IMG/VR virus record: IMGVR_UViG_3300017766_003652
Location: 1 to 64,000 of that record
Strand: one strand, 5' to 3'
DNA: 64,000 bases
Source of the DNA: a virus
Lineage: Duplodnaviria > Caudoviricetes
Shown here: positions 1 through 9,107 of the stretch, in pieces
Layout: each line of letters starts with the position of its first letter
How positions within the stretch are numbered: position 1 is the stretch's first letter
Made by a program: the position numbers and the translations under genes
The notes under the pieces: model-generated
What the model was told of the DNA's origin: nothing
The model's input: the letters and a program-made list of their open reading frames with translations, nothing else
The model's database searches: none

Positions 1-16
1 GTCTTTTGGAGGATTC

Positions 17-928
17 ATGAGAAGCCAATTGAACAGTCTGGACCAAATCAGAAAGAAGCTTGGGAGGGTTTGCCAGGAATGGAAACCTCAGTTCTTTCTG
101 GATCTGGGACCGGATCTGAATAAAGTGTTTGGAGACCCGGACAAGGGCCTTGCTTACGGCAAGATTGTGGAGCTCTCCGGGAACCCCTCCAACGGCAAGA
201 CCGCCCTCTGTATTGATCTAGCCGCGGCAGCCCAGCAGGATGGGGCTGTTGTCGTTTGGAATGATATTGAGAACTCTTTCGATCAGCCGGAAACGCCAAC
301 GCAGGCTAACTGGTACTCACGCCGGGGGCTGGAGTGCCACCGGGGTAACAAGAAGGTCAAGGGTACAGACAAGTTCATCCTGGTCCAGCCTTACATTGGG
401 CATTTCAAGGACGAGAAAGAGGCCCGGCTTATCACTGGGCAGGAGCTATTAACCGAGGTCGAGCAGCTGGTCTCCCGCAACTTTAAGAATGGGATCAAGA
501 AGCAAATGCTGATTGTGGACTCCGCGGCGGCGATCCTTACCGAGGATGAGGCGGCCGGGGGCGTTGACGGTCAAAACATGAAGACCAGTATGTCCCTTCC
601 TAAGTTTCTCTCCGGGCTGATGAAACGCTGGGTGGCCCTGATGCAGAACTATAACTGCATAGTCATCTTTACGAATCAGCTCCGGCATAAGCCGATGGCT
701 TTCGGAGACCCCTCCTACTCGCCAGGGGGTAACGCCATTCCATTCTACGCCCATGTCCGTGTCCGCATGGGGCTCACCGAAGGCGGTAAGATACTAAAGA
801 ACGGTCACATGGTAGGTATCAAGGGCGTTCTATCCAACCGCAAAAACAAAGCCGGAGGGATACAGCACGAGAAGACCGGCTACAAGATCTACTATGCCGG
901 CAACAGCAAGTTCTTTGAAGTCAAGTAA
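17..928 (+). CDS. recA: RecA/UvsX-like recombinase
   Basis: GKIVELSGNPSNGKT Walker A, LIVDSAAA Walker B, IFTNQLR and PGGNAIPFYA motifs; GGAGG RBS. Confidence 0.93.
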   Translation: MRSQLNSLDQIRKKLGRVCQEWKPQFFLDLGPDLNKVFGDPDKGLAYGKIVELSGNPSNGKTALCIDLAAAAQQDGAVVVWNDIENSFDQPETPTQANWYSRRGLECHRGNKKVKGTDKFILVQPYIGHFKDEKEARLITGQELLTEVEQLVSRNFKNGIKKQMLIVDSAAAILTEDEAAGGVDGQNMKTSMSLPKFLSGLMKRWVALMQNYNCIVIFTNQLRHKPMAFGDPSYSPGGNAIPFYAHVRVRMGLTEGGKILKNGHMVGIKGVLSNRKNKAGGIQHEKTGYKIYYAGNSKFFEVK

Positions 929-949
929 CCGCAAAGAGAGACCCACCCA

Positions 950-1369
950 ATGAGCAAGAACAAGTTCTTCAACAAAGCACCCAAGCAGAAGGCCCCACCT
1001 CCCCCTCCTCCTCCGGTAAAGCCGGCCCCGGCTCAGAAGCCTCCCACCGATACCGGGAATGACTGGGAAGAGGGGCAACCCTTTGGCCCTGGCTCGGGAG
1101 AGCCTGGCGACCCCAGTTTAGAGGGGCCCAGCCTGTACTTCGATGAGGCCTCCACCGAACCCCAGGAAGTGGCTCTCGCCGCCCTGTTCCTGGTCGGTAC
1201 GGATACCGGGAGCATTGAAGGGTGCCTCCCCCATCTGAAAGAAGTACTGATGGCCCTGAACCACCGGGAGCGTAAGTCGAAGTGCCAGGGCCTCCGGCAG
1301 ATGCTCGGGCGCATCCGGGCTGCGGTACTGGAGATGGAAGGCGAACTGCGGAGTATCGAGAACCTCTAA
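950..1369 (+). CDS. hypothetical protein, Pro-rich N-terminus
   Basis: ORF fills the gap; its TAA overlaps the next ATG (TAATG). Confidence 0.7.
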   Translation: MSKNKFFNKAPKQKAPPPPPPPVKPAPAQKPPTDTGNDWEEGQPFGPGSGEPGDPSLEGPSLYFDEASTEPQEVALAALFLVGTDTGSIEGCLPHLKEVLMALNHRERKSKCQGLRQMLGRIRAAVLEMEGELRSIENL

Positions 1370-2361
1370 TGTCGGGCAACATCCTCCCCATAACCCTCCG
1401 CCCCAAACGGTTCAGCGAGATCCTCGGACAGGATAAACTCCTAGCCCGGATACAGAGCCAGGTGGCCTCGAAGCGGATGCCTCATGTCTGGCTGGTTACC
1501 GGACCGACTGGGTGTGGTAAGACCACCTTCGCCTATATCCTTTCCCTGAGCCTCCAGTTGCCGTTCTCCCGCTTTGGGGAACCAACGCAGGAAGACTGGG
1601 ACAAGTTCAGCTTGCTCGATATCCACGAGGTAAACGCCGCCGCGGTGAACGGGGTGGAAGCCTTGGGAGAGATTGCCAAGACCTCAAACTTTCGGCCGAG
1701 CCCTGGCAGCCAGGCCCGGGTGATCTTTCTGGATGAGGCCCACCAGATCAGCAAGGCCGCCCAGAATCTCCTGCTCCGTCCTACCGAGTTCTGCCCGGAT
1801 ACGACCTTCTGGATTATCGGGACATCGGAACCTGATAAGCTCATCCCCGCGATTAAACGCCGCTGCTACGAAGTGCGGCTCAATCAATTGGACGACGACG
1901 AGATCCTCCGGCTCCTCAAGCGGGCAAAGAAGGCCTCCGGGTTCGAGGGTCCGATCAAGCCTCTAGCCGAACGCCTCAGCCTAACCGGGTCGAGTAACCC
2001 TGGCGTCATCCTCATGGCCTTCGAGGCCTACGCCAACGGGGCCAGCGTCCAGGAGGCAGCCAAGGCTGGGACTGGGGTACTCGATACTCTGGGGATCTGC
2101 CGGGGCTTTGTTGCGGGTGATTGGGAAACGGTCCGCCGAGGGATCGCCAAGGTGCCGGAGGCTGACACCTATCGTACCGTTCGGCTGGCGGTGATTGGAT
2201 ACTGCCGGACCATCCTGCTCAACTCCCCCAAAGGGAAGAAAGCGGATGCCTGTTCCCAGGCCATTACCCTGCTCGGGGCTCAGGGGCCTCCGGAAGAGGG
2301 GGCCTGGTCGGCCTGGGTCCTTGCCGCCCTGTACAAAGGGTGCCGCGGGTTTCAACCATAG
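1369..2361 (+). CDS. dnaX: DNA polymerase III gamma/tau-like clamp-loader AAA+ ATPase
   Basis: LRPKRFSEILGQ N-terminus, GPTGCGKTT, FLDEAHQI, KRRC (SRC-like); start moved from 1282 to the ATG at 1369. Confidence 0.88.
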   Translation: MSGNILPITLRPKRFSEILGQDKLLARIQSQVASKRMPHVWLVTGPTGCGKTTFAYILSLSLQLPFSRFGEPTQEDWDKFSLLDIHEVNAAAVNGVEALGEIAKTSNFRPSPGSQARVIFLDEAHQISKAAQNLLLRPTEFCPDTTFWIIGTSEPDKLIPAIKRRCYEVRLNQLDDDEILRLLKRAKKASGFEGPIKPLAERLSLTGSSNPGVILMAFEAYANGASVQEAAKAGTGVLDTLGICRGFVAGDWETVRRGIAKVPEADTYRTVRLAVIGYCRTILLNSPKGKKADACSQAITLLGAQGPPEEGAWSAWVLAALYKGCRGFQP

Positions 2362-2387
2362 CTCTTCTAGGAGAGCTTGAGGCGGGT

Positions 2388-2413
2388 GGGGTACCCTTGG
2401 GTGCCCCCTTTCC
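2388..2413 (+). terminator. GC hairpin with T-tract
   Basis: GGGGTACCC-TT-GGGTGCCCC followed by CTTTCC. Confidence 0.55.
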
Positions 2414-2452
2414 ATCTAAAGCGTCATATAGCGTATGCCAGGAGGGTTAAAT

Positions 2453-5197
2453 ATGCGAACGGGAGGGGTTCTACTATCGGGAGACTGGCAAGGGGCCTGG
2501 TCCAACATATCCCGACTAGAACAGTTCGAGAGGTGGTTCCTAGAAAGGACCGTAGCCCTCAAGGCAAAACAGGTGGTTCTCCTTGGGGATCTCAAGGAGG
2601 CTCTGAACCCTGTAGATATCCGACTCGCAAACTATATCGTGGCGGCTCTGGGGAGGATCGCAGATGCCTCCGGGGCTCCTCCCATCCTCCTCCTCGGTAA
2701 CCACGATAGAACGGGGATGCAGGATAATGCTGGAGACTGGTTCCCTCTACTCAAGGCGGCAGGGGCGATCACCATTACAGATCCGACCACCGTGCGAGCA
2801 GGGGCCTGGCGTTTCCATGGGGTTCCCTACTATGGGGACCACGAGACCAGCCGCAAGGCGTTTGAGATTCTGGCACGCGGGGCTACCCCGGATGACAGCC
2901 TGCTCCTGTTCCATACGACCCTATCAGGGACGCAGTTGAACTGGGCTCGAGCCGCTACCTCGGTACTCCGTCCGGTCGACCTCCACCCCAAGAAGTACGC
3001 GTGGTGCTTGGGAGGGCATATACACCTGCATCAGAGTTTGGGGCGTAACGTCCTCTATGTGGGATCTCCATTCTGCCAGGACTGGGGCGAAGCCAACCAA
3101 AAGAAGGGGGCCCTCTATATCACCCCGGATCTAAAGCAGACTCATTTCCTGGAGAGCCCAAACGCCAGGTATTGCGACCCCACGATTCCCGGGTTCTCAG
3201 AACCTCCAGGAGGCTGGGGCAACGCAGTCATCCGCCTCAGATCCTCGGAGAGTGGAGAGGCCAAGGCCCTGGCCAAGGCCAGCCGCCTGTATCCGGGGGC
3301 GACCTTTGTTATCAAACGCCCCGCCGCAGTGGAGGTAGAGGCAGCCACTACTCCGGTCGGTATGCAGGGGAATGATGCGGACCTCCTGGAATCCTACCTC
3401 ACCGCAAAGGCCCCAGGTCGGGAGGATAAGGGCCGGCTATCTGCCTACCTGCTCGCCAAGCTCGGGCAGGTACCTGGAGCCGCGGGCTCTTTTGGGTTCT
3501 CCCTGGAGGGCATCCAGGCTAGGAACGTCCTATCGTTCCGCCGGGTCAAGGTTGACTATACAACCTCCGGGCTCTGCGTTGTTTCCGGGATCAATGAGGA
3601 CAAGGGTGGGAGTAACGGGAGTGGCAAGACAAACTACCTTCAGCTCCCCTTGGTCCTTCTGTTTGGGAAGACCCTCAAGGGGCAACAGCATGATGACTGG
3701 GTCTGCCAACGCCCCAAGGGGACCAAGGCGTACATCAAAGGGCAACTCACCCTCCCGGATGGCCGGGCGGTCCAGATAACCCGGTACCGCAAACCGAAGG
3801 GCTCCCTGCTACTGGAGGTAGCCGGGGAAAACATCTCGACCGGGTTCGGCCCAACGGACACCCAAAAGCGGCTGGAAGCCCTTCTGGGGATCACCTGGGA
3901 CTCGGTCGTCAACGCAATGTACATTGACCAATCAGAGTTGAACCTGCTCCTGGTCGGTACAGATGGGGAACGCCGGGCCCTCTTCTCCCATTTACTTGGG
4001 TTGAACAGGTTCGGGCTCGCCAGTAAACTGGTCCGCCAGGATCTCCAGAAGGTAGCCCGGGAACTCCAAGTCCTCCCGATTGAGCGGGATGGGGTGGTGG
4101 CCCTGATAGAGCAGACCTCCCTCAGCATCCGGCAGCTGGAGGCTACAGCCGCCCCCATCTCCGAGGAGGAGTTGAAAGAGACCCGCAGGCTCCGGCGAGA
4201 GACCCAGGAGATCTGTCGCAGGTTACTGGCCAAGGCCGCAAAGGAGAAGGTCCTCTGCTCCAGGGCTGGGGAGGCCACCGCCAAGGCGAGAGAGGCCGCG
4301 GCGTACGCAAAGGGAGTATGCACGACCCTCCAGGCCCGTATACAGGAGGCCAAAGCCGGTAAGGTATGCCGTTCCTGCGGATCTGTTTTGAAGGGGCCAG
4401 CCAATACCGAGGGGCTGGAGAAAGAGCTCAAGGAGAAAGAGCTGGAGTTGAAACGATTGAGGGCCTCTGTCGTGGCCCTGGAGTCCGAGGAGGGGCACCT
4501 CCGCTCCCGCTGGCTAACCTTCTCCGCCAGGGCTGACTCCAAGGTCGCCAGACATACCAAGCTGGAACGGGAGGAGCAGGAACAAACCGCCAGGCTTTCC
4601 GCTTATACCGCGCTACAGGAGACGATTGCCGAGAATAAGGCCCTGGTGGCCCTCCAGATCAAACGACTCCGTATACTGGAGCAGTACCGGGAGGATCTGG
4701 TAGCCGATCAGGAGTTCCTGAAGTTTGCCGAGGGCGTTCTTGGTCGCACAGGACTCCCGGCTCATCTCCTCACCACTATCTGCCCGGTTCTAAACAGGGC
4801 CACCAGTATGTATAGCGACCTGTTCTCCGAGGGTACTATTCAGGTGGAGTTTACCGGCACGGATACTGAGCTAGATGTCCAGGTGAAGAACTCCCAAGGG
4901 GGCCGGTCGATCAAGGATCAGTCATGCGGGGAACTCCGCATCGCCTCGCTCATCACAAGCTTCTCTGTCCGACAAGTACTATCAAGATTCAATGTGCTGA
5001 TAGCGGATGAGCCAGGCAACGGTCTGGACGAGTTCAACAGCGGCCTCTTTGCCAAGGCCTTGGAGCGGATCAGTGACCGCTTCGGGCGCATCCTACTGAC
5101 CAGTCACAATCCGTTTATGCTGCAAGCCCTGGACACCGCCCAGCAGATAACGGTAACCAAGAAGAACAGAATCTCAAAAGTGGAGTTGAAAGCATGA
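2453..5197 (+). CDS. fused SbcD/Mre11 nuclease and SbcC/Rad50 ATPase
   Basis: N-terminal phosphoesterase motifs GDWQ, LGDL, LGNHD, GHIH; then GSNGSGKTN Walker A, coiled coil with CRSC hook, SCGE signature, LIADEP Walker B, TSHN; GGAGG RBS before 2453. Confidence 0.92.
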   Translation: MRTGGVLLSGDWQGAWSNISRLEQFERWFLERTVALKAKQVVLLGDLKEALNPVDIRLANYIVAALGRIADASGAPPILLLGNHDRTGMQDNAGDWFPLLKAAGAITITDPTTVRAGAWRFHGVPYYGDHETSRKAFEILARGATPDDSLLLFHTTLSGTQLNWARAATSVLRPVDLHPKKYAWCLGGHIHLHQSLGRNVLYVGSPFCQDWGEANQKKGALYITPDLKQTHFLESPNARYCDPTIPGFSEPPGGWGNAVIRLRSSESGEAKALAKASRLYPGATFVIKRPAAVEVEAATTPVGMQGNDADLLESYLTAKAPGREDKGRLSAYLLAKLGQVPGAAGSFGFSLEGIQARNVLSFRRVKVDYTTSGLCVVSGINEDKGGSNGSGKTNYLQLPLVLLFGKTLKGQQHDDWVCQRPKGTKAYIKGQLTLPDGRAVQITRYRKPKGSLLLEVAGENISTGFGPTDTQKRLEALLGITWDSVVNAMYIDQSELNLLLVGTDGERRALFSHLLGLNRFGLASKLVRQDLQKVARELQVLPIERDGVVALIEQTSLSIRQLEATAAPISEEELKETRRLRRETQEICRRLLAKAAKEKVLCSRAGEATAKAREAAAYAKGVCTTLQARIQEAKAGKVCRSCGSVLKGPANTEGLEKELKEKELELKRLRASVVALESEEGHLRSRWLTFSARADSKVARHTKLEREEQEQTARLSAYTALQETIAENKALVALQIKRLRILEQYREDLVADQEFLKFAEGVLGRTGLPAHLLTTICPVLNRATSMYSDLFSEGTIQVEFTGTDTELDVQVKNSQGGRSIKDQSCGELRIASLITSFSVRQVLSRFNVLIADEPGNGLDEFNSGLFAKALERISDRFGRILLTSHNPFMLQALDTAQQITVTKKNRISKVELKA

Positions 5198-5727
5198 GCA
5201 CCCCGCTACACTACCGGGCAATCATTGTTAGCTTCCGGCACAAAGGCTCCGGGATATCCGGCAGGGATCTCGACCTGGAAGCCATGGGAGGCGACCCAGA
5301 TGTTGCCCATATGAAAGGGCTGTTGACCGAGCTGAAGGACAAGTATGGCTCGGCGTTGACCGTTATCGGGTTAGGGGCGGACCGCAACTTTGGCTTGCTG
5401 GTCCGTTTGTTCTGCGAGCAGATGCAGATCGGGTTTGCGGAGTACTTGGTCCTATTCAACAAGTTTGTGCCTAAGCATAAGTACTACGATTTCTTCTTTG
5501 CTCGGCACGCAGCCCTCATGGACATCGCCCTCACTCCCGGATCGGCGGAAGTCTGCTACTATGTCTATATCAACAAAAGCCGGCTCTCTGATATTGAGGA
5601 CCTTGTGACCCGGTTACAGCAGAGCCCGCTACCTTATCGGATTTACTCGGAGTCGAACGATGTCCTCGAAGAAAGAAAGGCGTACAGCGGAAGCCAAGTT
5701 AGCGAGCAGGACCTCTGCAAACAATGA
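5194..5727 (+). CDS. hypothetical protein
   Basis: ATGA overlap with the upstream stop; 177 aa. Confidence 0.7.
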   Translation: MSTPLHYRAIIVSFRHKGSGISGRDLDLEAMGGDPDVAHMKGLLTELKDKYGSALTVIGLGADRNFGLLVRLFCEQMQIGFAEYLVLFNKFVPKHKYYDFFFARHAALMDIALTPGSAEVCYYVYINKSRLSDIEDLVTRLQQSPLPYRIYSESNDVLEERKAYSGSQVSEQDLCKQ

Positions 5728-5992
5728 GGCCCGCCGCCTGGCGAGTTCAAAGGGAGGGCAGACCCGGGCCAAGTATGGGTCTGTGTTCACGAAGTATGTA
5801 GCCTCCCTCGGCGGGGTTACCACCTGGCTGACCTATGGGCGCCAGTACATGTCGGAATTAGGAGCGATCAGATGGCAAAGACAAAGAAAGATAAGGGAGG
5901 GGCTGGAGTACCTGCAAAGCCCCCTGTATCCGCCGCAACCAAACGAGCCAGGCGCTCCAAACAAAAGGGGAGCGGGTTCGAGAGGAAGATAG
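5660..5992 (+). CDS. possible KGG-repeat (stress-protein-like) small protein
   Basis: KGGQTRAKYG...LGGVTT...YGRQYMSELG pattern; overlaps both neighbours. Confidence 0.4.
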   Translation: MSSKKERRTAEAKLASRTSANNEARRLASSKGGQTRAKYGSVFTKYVASLGGVTTWLTYGRQYMSELGAIRWQRQRKIREGLEYLQSPLYPPQPNEPGAPNKRGAGSRGR

Positions 5993-6426
5993 CCGTCAGC
6001 CTCCGGGAGGCCTTGAACCTCAGCAAGCAGGATGTATTCCGTGCCCCCAATAGCGGCGGGCACCCTTTCATGCGGGCCGGGGATCTCATGCTCTCCCTTG
6101 CGGCTCAGAAGCAGTTCCCTTTCTCCGTTGAGTGCAAGCACCACAAGGCTTGGACGGCTGACGGTTTCTTCACCCCTCGGGTGATGGAACGCACCTGGAC
6201 GGAGCAGGCCCTCGCCGCCACCCCGAAAGGGCTCCACCCTATGCTGGTGGTATCTGGCAACAATACCGGGGCATACTTTGCCTGTCGCAAGAGTATCCTT
6301 GCGCAGGTATATCCGGAACTCTTAAAGAAACTGCCGCGGCTCTTTTTCAGGAACCCCGGCGATGAGAAAAGCATCTGGGTCATGATGCCATGGCCCCAGA
6401 TGTTGGCACACTTGCGTAACATCTAA
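5872..6426 (+). CDS. Holliday junction resolvase, PD-(D/E)xK type
   Basis: KGSGFERKIA...GDLM...FSVECKH motifs. Confidence 0.8.
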   Translation: MAKTKKDKGGAGVPAKPPVSAATKRARRSKQKGSGFERKIAVSLREALNLSKQDVFRAPNSGGHPFMRAGDLMLSLAAQKQFPFSVECKHHKAWTADGFFTPRVMERTWTEQALAATPKGLHPMLVVSGNNTGAYFACRKSILAQVYPELLKKLPRLFFRNPGDEKSIWVMMPWPQMLAHLRNI

Positions 6427-6442
6427 ACAGGAGACAACCCCC

Positions 6443-7072
6443 TTGAGAATATCGAAGCAGTTCCCTTTTGAGTCCTCGCACCTACTTCCCAAACACCCGG
6501 GCAAGTGCAGCCGTCTGCACGGCCACTCCTGGGTCCTGGAAGTGGCGATCAACGGTCGCCCGAATCCTGACTCCTCCTTTGTCATGGACTACGCCGAGCT
6601 AACCGAGCTGATGAAACCGCTCGTCGACTTCCTCGACCATCGGCACTTGAACTTCTTGATCGTGTACCCCTCCTCCGAGAACCTTTGCCAGTTCTTTGGG
6701 CGGCTCCTCCATCGCCTGGTGGACGGCATCTATATCCACCAGGTGGAGATCAAGCTCAAGGAAACGATGAAGACGGAGGCCACCTGGAACTCGGCTAACC
6801 CGGTTGATCTCGAAACCATGATGAGCAACTCCGGGAGCCATCCGGTACAGCCGCCCCCTCCACACGAGATGGATCAGGGGATTGAACTGGTCGGCGGGGC
6901 CTACCTGGAACGGGCCGAGCTGTTTGCCCTCCGCAGGGAGTTCATTGAGTTGATCCGCACGTTCAACCGGGCTGTCAATGGCCTCATCGAATCCAATCGG
7001 AACCGGGCCTTCCGGGAGGGCCGGGCTAACCCCGGAGCCGGCGGCGGGGCGATCCTGATGGGAGGGAAGTAG
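6443..7072 (+). CDS. queD: 6-carboxy-5,6,7,8-tetrahydropterin synthase with C-terminal extension
   Basis: FESSHLL, CSRLHGHS, LDHRHLN, SSENL motifs; TTG start after AGGAG. Confidence 0.92.
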   Translation: MRISKQFPFESSHLLPKHPGKCSRLHGHSWVLEVAINGRPNPDSSFVMDYAELTELMKPLVDFLDHRHLNFLIVYPSSENLCQFFGRLLHRLVDGIYIHQVEIKLKETMKTEATWNSANPVDLETMMSNSGSHPVQPPPPHEMDQGIELVGGAYLERAELFALRREFIELIRTFNRAVNGLIESNRNRAFREGRANPGAGGGAILMGGK

Positions 7073-7074
7073 CC

Positions 7075-7842
7075 ATGCCTCCCACCCTGACCCAGGCCGA
7101 GAACCCCACCTATGGAATCGCCGAGGATTTCATCAGCCCCCAAGGGGAGGGGACCCATGCCGGCCGGCTGATGTACTTCCTCCGCCTGGCGGGATGTAAT
7201 GTGGGTGTACCTTACAAGACCCAGGAGTCCGTCCAGGACCTCCCGCGATCCCTCCAGCTCCCTGTACTCCAGAACCCGGCGCATACGGTCTGCACGTCCT
7301 CCTTTGGGCAACAATTCCTCTGCGATACCGACTACAAAGCCGCCGACAAGGTGCGGGCCTTGGGGCTCTCCGCCTACCTCAAACGGTTAGCCGGGGCCGC
7401 GGAGGTCCGGGACATCTGTATCACCGGAGGGGAGCCCCTGCTCTGGGATCTGGTACCCCTCATGCATCAGGCTCGGGGTCTGGGGCTCCGGGTCCATATC
7501 GAGACCAGCGGGACCAAGCCGATCTCGCCGGAGGTTGCCAGCCTGGCATACCACATCTGCTGCTCCCCTAAGAAGGGGTACCTGCCGGAGAACGGACCCC
7601 GGATACATGCGTTCAAGTTCCTGGTCGATCCTCACTCCGAGGGGTATGACCGGCTCCTGTTTATCCGGCACGCGGATGAGTTGAGCCAAACGAATCCCAA
7701 GGCTGAGGTCTATATCCAACCTGTGAACGGTATCGATCAGGTGGACCTGACCTCCCTAATAGAGGTGACCCGGCACATCCTCCCGGCGCGCCCGGAGTGG
7801 CGGCTCTCCCTCCAGCTCCACAAGATCCTTGGGGTAAGGTAA
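7075..7842 (+). CDS. queE: 7-carboxy-7-deazaguanine synthase (radical SAM)
   Basis: SPQGEG, FLRLAGCN, CDTDY, ITGGEPL, HIETSG, CSPK, YIQP, LSLQLHK. Confidence 0.92.
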   Translation: MPPTLTQAENPTYGIAEDFISPQGEGTHAGRLMYFLRLAGCNVGVPYKTQESVQDLPRSLQLPVLQNPAHTVCTSSFGQQFLCDTDYKAADKVRALGLSAYLKRLAGAAEVRDICITGGEPLLWDLVPLMHQARGLGLRVHIETSGTKPISPEVASLAYHICCSPKKGYLPENGPRIHAFKFLVDPHSEGYDRLLFIRHADELSQTNPKAEVYIQPVNGIDQVDLTSLIEVTRHILPARPEWRLSLQLHKILGVR

Positions 7843-7968
7843 ACGCCGCAAATTTCGATAGGGCGAAGTTTAGGGCTATTCGTGCTTGTAATTTGCCGCA
7901 GCCTCGGCCATACTTTGGGTATGGAAGGTTGCGGCAAACGCAATCCCGGATAAAGGACACCTAACCCA

Positions 7969-8970
7969 ATGAACAACGAATTTGAAAACGATTTCCTGGA
8001 AGAAGAGGATGAGCTGGAAGGGACGATGTCCGCCGACATCGAGACCCTCAATACCTCCGGGGCGGTTAACCCCCAAGCTGGTACCGCCATGGAATCCGTT
8101 TACGATCAGTACAAGAAGCTCTACCTCGCCGTGGACAACAGCGGTTCCATGACCCAGAAGATGCTCCCGGATTTCAAGGACATCCAGATCAGCGTAACCC
8201 CGGATGATATCGCGGTGGTCCGGGAGGTCCACGACTCCCGCCTCCAGGGTAAGAAATCCAAGTACCTGGACCGCGCCGGTTACCCGGAATTTGATGCCCG
8301 CCTCCCCCTTTGGTTGGATCAATTTGGTCCCGCCTCGGATGAGAGCATTCGTCGGGCCCTCCTGAGCGATGTGGAAATGGCCTGCCACTTTGGGTGCTCC
8401 CTGGCAGCCGGTGGTAAGGAGGGGGCTACCAAACTGGATGCCCTGAAGGATCTAATCAAGGATGCCGCCCGTAAGCGGTTCGAGAAGTACCCCGATAGCA
8501 AGATCAGCGTGGTGCCCTTTGATTACACCCCCAAGATCGTCCCGGTCTCGGATCTGGAAGGTGCCGGTCTCGTACTCGATACCATGCACGCCAGCGGCGG
8601 GACCAATATCACCCAGGCCCTCATGGGGATCGTCAAGAACTGCAAGAAGGCGCCGAGCCCGGTCAACCTCCACCACATTATCCTTGTGACGGATGGGGAG
8701 GACATGGGGGTCCTCTACAATAAGGCGGAGATCATTAACGCCCTCAAGGAGAACGGGTTCGTCCTGGACGTTATCTCCATCTATGCTGACTTCGAGATCC
8801 TGAGCGGCCGGGGCAACTACTGCGCCGAGATTGCGAGCGAGGGCAAGAAGGCCCTCCTGGAGATCTGCGAGAGCACGGGCGGTACCTTCACCAACGCCAA
8901 GACCTCCGGGCAGATGGCCGCTCTCTACCTCGCAGCCTCCTCCCGGCTCATGTTGCCCCCTGGCAACTAA
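7969..8970 (+). CDS. von Willebrand factor A domain protein
   Basis: MIDAS motif VDNSGS, GGTNITQAL, ILVTDGED. Confidence 0.85.
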   Translation: MNNEFENDFLEEEDELEGTMSADIETLNTSGAVNPQAGTAMESVYDQYKKLYLAVDNSGSMTQKMLPDFKDIQISVTPDDIAVVREVHDSRLQGKKSKYLDRAGYPEFDARLPLWLDQFGPASDESIRRALLSDVEMACHFGCSLAAGGKEGATKLDALKDLIKDAARKRFEKYPDSKISVVPFDYTPKIVPVSDLEGAGLVLDTMHASGGTNITQALMGIVKNCKKAPSPVNLHHIILVTDGEDMGVLYNKAEIINALKENGFVLDVISIYADFEILSGRGNYCAEIASEGKKALLEICESTGGTFTNAKTSGQMAALYLAASSRLMLPPGN

Positions 8971-9003
8971 CCCTCAAGGGGGCGGGCAAACCCCGCCCCC
9001 ATC

Positions 9004-9073
9004 TCTAAGGCATCATCTAAGGCGACGAAGGCTCTTGCCAGGGCAGATAAAAGCGGCGTACTCTTAACTCATG
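9004..9073 (+). promoter_or_regulatory. repeated promoter module, copy A
   Basis: TCTAAGGC at 9004 and 9016, TTGCCA at 9035, TACTCT at 9059, ATG at 9071. Confidence 0.8.
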
Positions 9074-9107
9074 GATGCGGCACCCAGCCGATCAAAGGAC
9101 ACCTAAA

